Shown here piece after piece: positions 1-12,700 of a DNA stretch of 64,000 nt. The DNA is from Mizuhopecten yessoensis (lineage: Eukaryota), in assembly GCF_002113885.1 (NCBI RefSeq), contig NW_018404823.1:581878-645877 (forward strand), given 5' to 3'. The notes under the pieces are model-generated. The model had not been told where the DNA came from. It saw only the letters and a program-made list of their open reading frames with translations, and did not search any database. The position numbers and the translations under genes were made by a program. The first letter of the stretch is position 1; every line of letters starts with the position of its first letter.

Positions 1-164
1 AAGGTAATGAATTCGTACGATAAACAACAAACATTCTAAATATAATTTACCGAACATAACAGTTTCAATTGGAAAATCTGAGCCCTTTCAATAAACCTAA
101 TAACACAAAGGGAACACCAACTCCTAGCTAATGTAGTAATAAAGAAATGTGTTGTCTCCAACAG

Positions 165-1392
165 GACGATACTTTCAACAATCAGGAAAAAGCTGATAAC
201 AGAGAAATACGACCGAACACCCATGCTCCCGAAGTGGACAGGTTGATAGAGGATTCAAAACCAAAGAGGAAAAAGGAATTTTCTATTCGCAATTGCTTCA
301 GAAATTGTATATTTTGTGGGGTGTGTATGAGTACTGTATTGATGTAATCCTATTGTTATTCAAAATGTGTGCCGTATTAAGTACAATATTAACCACAGCA
401 TTACTCAATCAGAAGTTTTTAAGAGCGATATTATTAAAATGATGACTGTTTGTATATCATGCCTTAAATGCAGTATAGTAGGATTTAAGAAAAATACTTT
501 AAAAGGTTATATTGTTTTATTAATAAACAAACTTATATCTCTTTCAATTATCAATTCTTATTGATTACGCATGTCTTAAACCATTGCAAGAAAACATAAC
601 ATTCAAACATGTGCTTGCTTATAAAATTATTTTAGGGAAAGGGACCTGACATGGACCAAGACAGTTCAGTCATTGTCGAAGACAACCTCAGAAGGAGGGA
701 GTCTGAACGTTGTTTACTAAGGTAATGAATCTTGCAACAATTGTACATTGTACATAATTAAATAATCGAAGCAATCAAATGATATTAGGAAATATTAAAA
801 GAACTAGAACTTTTCAGTTAATCTCTCGGTGCTTTATACCATTTGAATTTTTACAACTGATGGTTTGAAACAAATGGATTAATTATAAACTTATAACAAT
901 AACTGGGTCGCAGGGTCGAGGCCTACGTGGGGCAGTCGCCAGGTACTGACCGTAGGTCGGTGGTTTTTCTCCGGGAACGCCGACTTTCCTCCACTATCGA
1001 AAACTGGCACGTCCTTAACTGACCACAGCTGTTTATAGGACGTAAAACCCAAACAAATAAACAAATAATGTATAATCAAGAGAGGTGAATCGTGCAAGAC
1101 GTGAACAATTGTCTGATTTCTTTTTTATCGAAGAAAATATTATATCCCAAATAAATGTCATTTCCTATATAAAGAGAATTAGATTGATGTTTACTATTTC
1201 AGATTGTTCTTCAAATGTTTAAAATGAAAATATGTTCTCATCTCTTTCTTTATCAGTTCACGTGATCCAGCTGATATATCAGGACCGAATGTGGGAATTC
1301 AGTTAACGGAAACTCAACGCCCAGGCAGAGGTTTATATATTGACATCAATACCGACGATGGAGAGGAGGAACTGAAGGAAATATTTGTGTGA
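165..1392 (+). CDS. Gene A: last three exons of a HEPN-family paralog (165-~320, 636-721, 1257-1392), ending ...DINTDDGEEELKEIFV*; 5' part lies outside the window
   Basis: AG acceptors at 164, 635 and 1256 and a GT donor at 722. Phases 0/2 match the last three exons of gene C (GKGPDMDQ vs ERGSDVDQ; ADISG..QLTETQR vs ADISR..QLSETQR; KEIFV* vs KETLV*). The donor of the first exon is uncertain. Confidence 0.7.
905..1066 (+). mobile_element. 5'-truncated V-domain-type SINE in an intron
   Basis: ggtcggtggtttttctccgggaacgccgactttcctcc resembles the V-SINE conserved domain. The tail is tgaccacagctgtttataggacgtaaaacccaaacaaa. A paralogous copy lies at ~31925-32090. Confidence 0.65.
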
Positions 1393-2411
1393 AAATAAAA
1401 ATATAAGGGATACCGAAATCCGGGATGTATCGCTATTTGTATATTGATCGTGTTTATTTGCACACATTTGTTTGTGACATTTGTGTTTGTCTCATTAAAG
1501 AAACGTTTGATCAACATCATCCGTATATGTTTTTTGTTTATACTTATCAGATCAATATTTTGTACAGAATGCATTATTGTGATATCTAAGTTTGTACTTA
1601 AGTGTTAACGCTTTGATTTTATTTTTCCATTTCACCTGATTAGGTATACTATAAACATTTTAAAGATATTTGAAAACCAGAAACTGAATAATTTTGTTTT
1701 TTATTGCCTTGTTGAATAAAACCCGTCAGAGGTGGGACTTATTCCAGATTGAGTTGAGTTTCGTGTCAATAACACACCTCACATCGCTTTAAAATCTTTG
1801 GTATACGATAATATAAACTACCTGAAAATAGAAAAAAATGTCCCGAGGTCGGAGACACTTAGGTAAATCATGTTTATTAAGCCTCATGAGATCTGTTTCT
1901 AAATTGAGGTCTATAAAGGATTATATTGTTAATTTTGTTTCAAAATAAACCTATTGTAATATGAATTTTGAATATATTGTCTAATTGAGTAATAAAACTG
2001 ACAACACATCAATTTTAAAAGACAATAACATATAATAGCGAACCTTAAAAATAATCAATTACATATGTGAACCACAAACTTCAATCTGTATACAAGTCTA
2101 AATACTGTGTTCTAATATCAGAGTTGATTCGTTGATAAATGTTTTCTTTCTAACACAGTGGACATGTCTAAATCAGTTCAAGAAAAAATGTCTTGAATAA
2201 CAAGTTGAAGAAGTCGCAGGAGGAAAACCACAAAATCGCTTTAGCATTTCCTCCAAGAAGTTGATGAAGATCATCAATCTTTTCGGAATATATTGATAAT
2301 TTAAATTAAACTGAAAATTGTTGCTGAAAACATAATAGCTTTAACGAGTGGGCTTGGTACCTGTAGTACAACAGAGTCCTCAAAACTTTCAAAATAGTCA
2401 TTGTATATTGA

Positions 2412-5400
2412 CTAAATTCCTAATTTCAATAAACTATTTTGTTCATTTTTGGGAAAGTCAGGGGTAGATAAACTTTTGTTTATTTAAGCCTGATTCATAG
2501 TGCTGGAACAGAAGTTTATATCTTAATTTTCACTCAGAATACATAAAGAAAAAAAAGGTTCTACGAAACTGCACCAGGTGGAGTAATTGCGAATAAGTCG
2601 CATTCTTGACATTTAATTCACCAAATTCATTAATATAAACACCACTATAAAATGTGACTTCCTGTGATCAGATTTAACTGAAATTATGTCACAGAAATCA
2701 AGAATGTATTTCTGTATCACAACGATGAAAAAGGATATACATATGGAGCCAAGATGGTGGAATTCAAGTTTGGAAAATGCCTTTGATCGTTGCCTAGAAA
2801 ATAAACCTAATAAAAGTGTTCTATGATTTAGGTACATATATTAATTGACCCATTCTAACTTACAGATAATGACTGCGTTCATAAAAGTTTTAAAACTTCA
2901 GTGCAAATTTATCACAAAATTATTTCAACAAAGGATAAACAGTAGATTTTTGCCCATTTCAAACGAATTGTAACAAAACCATTACTCTTCATCACGTACG
3001 AACCAACTTAAGTATATCAAATCACCTGAAATTCCAATAATAACAATTGATTTAGTCAATGGCATATCCCAATATCTCCAGAATAACACACAAAGGTATG
3101 AGGTCAGCTGATATTCTGTAGTTTTCTTATAAATGGTTTTAAAATTAGTATGATGTAATAGGATTAACTTATTGTTAAAATGTTCCCCTTTAAGTCACTT
3201 CTACCACTGGGATTCGTTACAAATGTCTAATACACATACCGTTATGCTATACTGATAAAAATCACATCACATGTATGTTTATATGTGTTGTGACCCATAT
3301 CAGTATATCATATGTGTATTAGACATTTTTAACGAACCCTTGTGCTCCTACCGTGCTATCTAGAAGTATGCCCTCGAATTCCAGCTACCTATGTATAGCT
3401 AATGGATCTCGGTTTTGGTCGCTTGTTTCTTGATCCATCTTTTGTAGAATATGTCTCTTATCACTTCCTAAATTATTAGTTTTATTTTCATAACCTGTAT
3501 GTTCTTTCATTAAAAGGTCTTAAACTAAACCACTATCACGAGAAAAAAATCAGTCATATTTGACATAAACAATGATGTATCACCTGGTCAGACACTTACC
3601 TGATGCTGCTTGACATAAACAAATAAGCTTGCGACATCATCACGTGTATGCATCCATTTTCTTAAGTTTAAGCCGTGATGATTACACTCTGTTACTAATC
3701 GGTCAAATTAGTGTCACGCCGCCGGTCTCTCGTCATCTAGGTAAACAACGTGGTTATCGATACCGGAAATCGGTCTGTTAAATAGCATGCAAGCGCAGTA
3801 CAGGTAAATTGGTTCCAGTGAGAGGGTCACAGACCGTCACGAATCGGTGCGCAAATACAAGAGGTGGATAATACATACGCGAAGTGTTTCCAATCCCTGT
3901 TATCTATGTCCGTGATAGATTTAACAAAAGTTATTTTGGAAATTCAAATAAAAGTAGGTCTATTAATCAAGACTTGCCATTTGTCTGCGTAATTTTCGCA
4001 CAAAAAGAGCTAATATATCATATTCCGAAACGAAACATAACTTAAGCAGTAAAAGCCCTTTAAGTGCTAGTTTAGTCATGCGATCGTTAATTATATGTTA
4101 TCAGCAATACATATATACGGCAACTAAGTAATTCTAACAGTGTAGACAATATGATGATAACAAACCTTCAGAGCAATCCGCTTCTTTATCGAGACACAGA
4201 AAAAACACAAAAGAATAACATTACATAAAAACAAATGTAGAAATATAATAGGATCAAGTTAATATATTCAATGGTTACCTACGTAACATGGACATTTCTT
4301 TTTTGTATTATATATATTTACGTTGTGTTTACCTTTACTATTTATAGAGCGACGTCATTGGAAAATACTGGCTATAATACGTATTTGGGTCTAGTGATTA
4401 AAGCCGTAATGTTGGCCAACCACGTTTTCCTGAAGAGGAAAGCTCCAACTACATTCTGACATAAACAACAACAACAGAATAATCGTATCAGTTTTTGTAC
4501 ATCAGATGTGACATTCATAAGCAGAAAACTATAGTAAACTGGTGAGTATTGGATTAAGTACTATCTGGGACGACATGCAATGACGATACAGACATGCGCC
4601 ATGTTATGTTATACGTTGATATGTTATGACATGAATTATTGTCCTGATATGTTTATTTTACCTGTGTCGATATTGGGGTTTCGGCAAAGACATGAAAACT
4701 ACATATATTTAGGATACCTCCAACTATAATTTTATAAATGTTTAATTATCTAATTATGTAAAACATAATACTATGTCAAATGTTTTGGTTAAAGCAAAAA
4801 TATGAAACATATAAAATAGACATGTCCTGTCAGATTGTTTAATCTTATCTCATTTTATGTAGTCAAAACTTGCATTTAGTCTTTGCATATTGACCACATG
4901 TTGAATTGAAAAATGATTAAATGAAATTCAGAATTTCAATTAATTATTTTGTTCTTTTTTTGAAAAGTCAGGTTTAGCTAAACTATTGTATCTTCCGCCT
5001 GATTCATAGTGCTGGGAAAAAGCTTTATGTCTAAAAAAATTCACTAAGAATACTTAAAGAAAAAAAATTCTACGAAAATGCACCAGGTGGAGTAATTGCG
5101 GATTAGTCGCATGATTGATATTTAATTCATTGAATTAATTAAAATTCCATCTTATCCTATTTTGTGTAGGATCTCAACACTGTAATGTGACTTCCTGTGA
5201 TGTTATCTTATTAAACTGAAATCATATCACAATAATCAAGAATGTATTTCTGTATCACAATGATGACAACATATATACATATGAAGCCAAGATGGTGGAA
5301 TTGAGGTTTGAAAAATGCCATTGATTGTTGCCAAGAGAAATAAAGTGATACAAGTGTTCTATTTTAAGGTACATGCATAAAATGACCTATTCCAACTTAC

Positions 5401-7230
5401 AGATAATGATTGCGTTCAGAAACTTTTTCAAACTTCAGTGTATTTTTTCCACAAAATTGTTTTCTTCAAATATAATTGAAATAAAGGATTTGCAATAGTT
5501 TTCTGCCCATTTCAAACAAATGGTAACAAAACCATTACACTTCACCACGTACAAATTCACCTAAATATATATGAAGTCAATTGGAAATTCCAATAATAAC
5601 AATTTAATTAGTCAATGGCAAATCTCACAATCTCTAGATTAACACACAAAGGTATGACGTCCGCTGATATTCTGTGTTGTTTTTATCAATGGTTTAAAAA
5701 TTAGAATGAGGTGATAGGATTACCTTATTGTTAAAAGTTTACCCTTCAATTCAACTGCAGTGGTTCATTCAAATGTCTAATACACATACCGTTATGTTAT
5801 ACTGACATAGGTTACATCACATGCATGTTTATGTGTGTTGTGACTCATATGTGTATTAAACTTTTTAAAATAAACTGTGCTTTTACCGTGCCGTCTAGTA
5901 GTATGCCTTCGAAATCCAGCTACCTATATATAGCTAATGGATCTCGATTTTGTTTGCTTGTTTCTTGATCCATCTTTTGAAGAATAGGTCTCTTATCACC
6001 TCCAAAATCTTAAGTTTTATTTTCATAATCCGTATATACTTTCATTAAAAAGTCTCAATCTAAATCACTGTCACGAGAAAAATTCTGCCATTTTTGACAT
6101 AAACAATGATGTATCACCTGGTCAGACACTTACCTGATGCTGCCTGACATATACAGATAAGCTGACGACATCAGATTACACTGTGTTACTTATCTGTCAA
6201 ATTAGTGTCACACTATCGGTCTCTCGTCACCTAGGTAAACAACGTGGTTATCGATACCGAAAACCGGTCTGTGGGATAGCACGCAAGCGCAGTACAGGTA
6301 AATTGGCTCCAGGGAGAGGGGCACAGGCCGTCTCGAATCGGTGCGCAAATACAAGAGGTGGACAATACATACGCGAGGTGTCCCCAATCCCTGCTATTTA
6401 AGTCTGTGATAGAATTAACAGAAGTGATTTTGGAAATTCAAATAAAAGTAGGTCTTATAAGTAAGACTTGCCATTTGTCTGTGTCATTTTCGCACAAAAA
6501 GAGCTGATATATCATATTCTGAAACGGAACATAGCTTACACAGTAAAAGCCCTTTAAGTGCTAGTTTAGTCATGCGATCGTCAATTATATGTTATCAGCA
6601 AAACATATATACGGCAACTAAGTAATTCTAACAGTGCAGACAATACGATGATATCAAACTTTCAGAGCTCCATTATCGAGACACAGAGAAAAAACACAAA
6701 ACACAAACATTACATAAAAACAATTGTAGAAATATAATAGGATATAGTAAATATATCAAATGCTTACCAACTTAACATGGACATTTAATCTTTTTATTAT
6801 ATATATTAAAGTTGAATTTACCTTTATTTTACTATTTACAGAACGACGTCATTGGAAACCCCTGGTTTTAATGCGTATTCGAGTCTAGTGGTTAAAGCCG
6901 TAATGTTAGCGAACCACATGTCATGAAGAGGAAAACTCCAACTACCTTCTGACACAACAAAAACCAACAGAATAATCTTATCTGGCTTTGTATATCAGAT
7001 GTGACATTCATAAACAGCAAACTGTAGTTAACTGGTGAGTATCAATTCATTAAAATTCTATGATGATATTACATATCACTATGTCTTGATATCCGATGGT
7101 TCAGGATTTGCAAAAACAAATATTTCTGTATCGTCATTTGGCTATCTACGCTATGAAAGAAAAATAATGCTCACAGTATATCGGAATATAGTATACCATG
7201 ATTTACCTCCAGATATAGTTTACTAATATA
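2412..7230 (+). repeat. ~2.5-kb tandem duplication (~2412-4740 vs ~4922-7230)
   Basis: Colinear matches such as gcctgattcatagtgctgg, gcaccaggtggagtaattgcg, gacataaacaatgatgtatcacctggtcagacacttacctgatgctgc and actggtgagtat. Confidence 0.9.
3205..3344. mobile_element. Fold-back MITE-like element
   Basis: Arms cactgggattcgttacaaatgtctaatacacata / tatgtgtattagacatttttaacgaacccttgtg, with inner inverted segments. A decayed copy lies at ~5755-5880. Confidence 0.65.
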
Positions 7231-9789
7231 ATAAGTCTTACATTGGAACGTTCTGAGGAGAAAAAAACTAAAGTGAAACTATACTGCAACATGTACTTAA
7301 TGATTGAAATTTAAGTTATCAGGTTTTGATCTGTAAGTCTTTTAATAGTGAAAAAGGAACAGTTACAAGATTACCCACAAAGGAATTCTTTTGGGAGCAA
7401 TCTATTCTGATAACATTGGTCGAATACACATGAGATGGTATATTGTTTTCATGTTTTATTCTCAAACGATTACAACACCACCTATTGCAGATTTAGTATG
7501 ACACCTTTTCTAAGTAATTTCAAAGGCAGCTGACACCTTTATGAGAAATAACTTTATAATAATTTCCTTTATATGGATTAATTTATCTTAAATTAAAAAG
7601 TCTACAATAGTTATTGCCATGCAAAACAAACGTAGTGAAAGGATATATATCTTTTTTTGTGAATTAAAACTTAATAATTCAGAAAAGAGTTGAGATCAGA
7701 AACGGTGTCTTTAACGCTGATTACAAGATAAAAAGGGTTTTAAAATTGTATTTAAAATCCTTGTGAAAAAGTATGAAAATATTGATATAGCAGATGACTG
7801 AGCAATGAGTGCAATATCTTGTTTATCTCCCCTATCCCCTACAATTAGACCTTTCTCATTTTGGGGGAGCCCTAGAACGGAGCGTGGAGACAGAGACCCA
7901 GACATGCAAATACAGGGGTCATTTCAAAAGTAATTTTATATAGAACGTAGCGTATAGGGTATGTCAGAGTGTGTAGACGCACATGTAAGTGACTACAGGT
8001 AAGCGAACAGGTAAGCAATTATGTAACCGATAACCACAGTCGTTGCTCAATGCGACAGGTATGTGACCGTGGTTATTGATATTTCAATAACTCCGTTAAG
8101 GATCTCACCCGGGACGTCTGTTGTATTTTTGAGTTAAAAGAAATTCCCGAGCCAAAATAATCAGTTGGAAGACGTTTGCTCTTTACCAGAGTGACAGGGA
8201 TCACATTTGCAGATTAAATGTACCATCCACAAACTTCTTAGGACACGATATTTCCATATTACGAAAGAAATGTTCAACGCTTACACGGTGTCTTTTTATA
8301 ATAACGTTAAACTGAAGGTACTTCTTTCACACATTTTCGTCACTTCATTCTTTTGCATTTTTGTATAGAGGTGGTTGGACAAAGGGTCGTTTATTAGCAT
8401 CCCTTCGTGACAAAGTAACGTAAATGAATGTTCCTTCACAACAATAACATGATGACGTAAAAGGAGTGGTTTTCTGTATTGACATATGTGCTTGTTTATT
8501 CTCCTGAAAAATAACAACAGAAGAAAAGTAGAAATTTGTTCAGCTTTCTGCTAATTTCAAATTCGTTTTAAATCGACAGCTTTCATGGAATTTTCTCCAT
8601 GCAACACAACCAAAATACTTAAATATTGGGGTTGGGGGCAAAATCATTTTATGATATTCTTAGAAGACTGTTCTAAGGATAATTTCAGGGGAGTAAATTT
8701 TCGGATTTCTATACCACTGCGATCAACTCTAGCATGCACCGACTCTTTGTTTTCAGTATAAACCATAATTTGTACATATAGCATTACATTTTCAAGAAAG
8801 CAATGCAAATTATGACAATTCAATTACACACTCTAGGTAATGGAAACAAGCTTAAAATCATGGTATTTGTAAGAAATTAAGTTGGTTTGATTTGTAAGTT
8901 ATATTTTAGGTCTTTTAAGGACGTACTTCCGTATTTATGGTATGTGCATGTGACGGAGGCAGTGTGTTTCTGAATTTGCCTCTGCGAGAGAAGTCCGGTA
9001 CATATTTTGCTATACTTTCAGAAATTCGATACACCCAGAAATTAGAGGATATGCATCTTTGAATTGAAAAATGTCTCGCTCTCAGTGCTCAGTGTTTCAA
9101 TACGTACGAAATGTTAGTATTGGTTTTATGAACTAGACAATGATGTTTTTCAATGTTAAAAAGTTGTTTGTTCTCAAATAACAACATTGCTTAAAATCAT
9201 ATTTTGGGCTTTAGTCAGATACAATGATGGAACTATTACTATATTTAACATTTTTCTCTCATTGAAATGAAATCTTTTTGATATATAGTAAAAAACATAT
9301 TCTTAAATGCACAAGAGCAGGGTTTTAACAAAGAAGCGTAACTGTTAACATTTTTGCTGGATTCATACAATATATAATTGCTCATAGTAGGGTAATTCTA
9401 ACATTTGGTTAGGCTCGATAAGAAAATTAACCAGGAAGCAGATATACCATAGCGGATACCATTTAAATTTAATGTATGATCATTGAAGTTGACATGACAA
9501 ATATATTTTTTAGATATTTTTTATTGTTGCTGTTTCCATGCAACAGTCATAACAATCATTTCAATGCAGCTTTGTTATATTTTAAATATTTTTTCCCGTA
9601 TAAATCATTACAATTGATTCAGCTTTCTTATCTTTCTCTTTAATGAGCTCTAGTGTTTGAAGGTCATTGTTTTTTTAATCACCGGCTATGTGTTATTTTG
9701 TGAAAGTTTGACAAAGAAGAAATTTCACAAAATCATTGTTTTGTTATATTTACAGATCAATCGTATCATTATCAAACAACGGAACAACT

Positions 9790-12700
9790 ATGACAACGTT
9801 TACTCAAGAACAATACAACTTCGCACATCTAGTGATGTACGTTGGCAAGAATGGCCCAAGAGTGCTGAAGAAATATTTAGTTGACAACCTATTTAGATAT
9901 CAGCTGCTAAAAAACGAAGTACATCTCCTGGAAAACCTGGATCCAAGCAAGTTTTCATTGATTTTCCCCGCAAATGAACCTGTTTCGTCTCTTGACAAGT
10001 TGGATGACGCAGTAGTGCTCGATGTTTCTAAGCTGGTATTCAACACTGAGGACATAAATGACACACAAGCGTTACGTCGTTGTTTATACGCAGAATTAGA
10101 AAAACCAATCTTATGCACATTCATGCAAAACAACGAAGCAAAATTTCGGAAGAAAAACAAACGGTGCAAGTTATTGAGTAGGAAACAAATGGATATACTC
10201 TTTCCACCTGGTGACAGTATCAATATTGACAAACTAGATATAACAGCTGTTTGCTTCATACTTTTTGAGGGATTTAACTTCATGAAACCAATAACAGATC
10301 TGGACAAATTCCCCGCGGATAGTGATATATCCCCCGGAAGCGATATTCTACGAATAAAACTATGTAGAAACAGGTTAGCTCACAATCCAGATGATGAAAT
10401 AGGGGATGGGGACTTTGATACGTTGTGGGAGTATATGACGACAGCGTTTGGACGACTAACTGGCGATGTGAATTATCGACAAGAAGGTGACCGGCTCAAA
10501 TGTGTCAGACCTCATATGGACATCATGGATCGACTGCAGTCAATATTAGAGAAATGGCACAAAGAGGATCGAGAGGAACGTTCAGACCATTTGGAAAATA
10601 TTACGGAAAAGGTCGCTTGCTTTAAAGAACATACTGAAAATGTTATAAGAGATTCCACAAAATGCATAATATCAGCAGTGAAAAAATATGCAAAACACAA
10701 ACCTCATAAAGGTAATTTTATATTCAATACTTAACTCAAATACACTACAGCGAAACCCCACTTACTCGAACTTGCATTTCCCATATACCCCATATTACTC
10801 GAATAGTTCGCTTTTTCCTGACACTGTGAAATCTGTGTAATCTTTGAAAATCATTATTGCAACACACTCTGATTTGCGTTATTACCTTCATGTTTATCGT
10901 CGACACAATATTCATGACATTTTTATTAACGTCAATATTTTTCAGCATTTTTCCCATGGCATCAAGTGTGTATAAAAGACATGAAGAAGTTCAAAGAAGT
11001 ATGTGAAAGAGAATGCATTGAGTACAAGTTTCCCGACGATTACAGCACTGACAACTCTTGCAGTTCTCCCAGCGATACAAGTCCATGTAACAGCTGTTGT
11101 GATAATGTAAGTTAACAAATGTTTTACAAAATGCATTTTTCTTGGTGAGGGACTAGTCAAAATTATGTTGTTATTGATGCTAATGATATTAAATGAGATA
11201 AAGAAATTATCAGGAAATGCCATATCTACTTTATTGCAAACAGTATGTCAAATGTACAAATTTTGCATAAGAAAAAAATCGCAATATTTTCATATATCAT
11301 TTCCTCAAACTAAAACTTTTTAAGTCGAAGAATCCGATAATATCTAGATGACCAAAGAACATTTTTTTGATTATACTCATTGCATTGTATTCAATTGGTC
11401 TGGTTATTACTTTTGCTACCGTGGTGCTTTATTTGAGAATGTGACACAACTTTTAAATTTGACCTATGTTTGTATGACGTCGATAGGCAGAAGACGCTGA
11501 CTCTTCTTGGACACATGATCATATTCTCCTTGTACTTTTACAAGAGTTACCTAGTATTTTTATTTACTCATAGCTTATTCACTTCTGTGCTCTCTCATGT
11601 TCTCATCAAGGAGAAGTTGTCCTTTGTGGGTGTTGTATATATACTTTATATGTCCTTTATATTCATGGAAACCAGATTCGAGCTGCAAATTCGAGTTAAA
11701 GAAACTGTTCCCCAATTAAGATAAGACATTTTTGTCCAGCTGTTTAATAGACTGTAAATCATATTACATGGACACCATCGAGGTACACCAGGTGAATAAG
11801 ACCAGGAGTTGTATTCATAGCACTTTCCTATGCTCAAGCATGCGTCAAACCAATTTTCTTATAACTTTAATCATGTGACATGGTAAAACAAAGTCAAGTC
11901 TAGACAATGAAAACGAAAATAAGCTAAAATGTTACAACCAAAATAAGAATATGGGCTGGAGCAGAATCCCAGCTTAATCATGATAATGCTGTTACAGGTC
12001 CAAATGCTCCGGAGGATAGGATTGTCTGCTTCATCGAGGACAACCGCAACATTACTTCAGGTCAAAATCAAGTAATGTAACGTTCTCATTAAACGAATCG
12101 AGGTAGTGACAACAAAACAACATGGCACCCCTTTGACAATAATCTAAAACATCGATCTTCATATCATGCAAAAAAATAATCCAAATCAGATCAGGCATTT
12201 GCATTTAATGACATAAACATTTGCGAATTTTTTCTTAAAATTAAATGGGTTTCGCTGGTCCCTCTGTTTTACAAACTGGTCTTTTTTCAGTCACCAAGAC
12301 ATGCCTCAAATACTTCATATACAAATTTCGATACCAGATCATTCAAGGAGGCACGTGCAAAAACAACAATTCATGAGTTTGATCACCACAATGGCGTCAA
12401 TCGTGTACCAATAGTAAGAAAACTGGTGCTACTTGAAATTTTGTTTAAGACATCTTATGACGCCCGTAGTATGCATATATAAATATATACCGCCGTCTTT
12501 AAATAATAATCAAACGAAAGGAGAAAATGTGGTCCATATATTTGGTTACATAATGTAATAGGAATATGTGTACATGTACTAGTATGATATATAGATTCAA
12601 TACTTTGCGGAGGTTCTAATGTCGTTATATTCGCGGAATAAAAATAATAATAAAGGAATAAGTAACATGAGAACTTAACAAAACGAAAAACGAGAATATC

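Larger units (their letters stand above)
1..1890 (+). repeat. Segmental duplication, copy 1 (copy 2 at ~30991-32957)
   Basis: Colinear high similarity across exons, introns and a shared SINE, e.g. aacattctaaatataattt, ctccaacaggacgatactttcaacaatca and ttaagcctcatgaga/gtaagcctcttgaga. Confidence 0.9.

Noticed and set aside
9900-10307. Antisense ORFs over the HEPN exons (also 10512-10700, 40363-40557) and over the retrotransposon ORFs
   Set aside because: Shadow frames of real coding sequence with no motifs.
9736-10734. Prokaryotic HEPN toxin-antitoxin or horizontally transferred single-exon gene
   Set aside because: The ORF is a spliced exon (acceptor 9755, donor 10712) of an animal DZIP3-type HEPN gene, and no MNT partner or operon is present.
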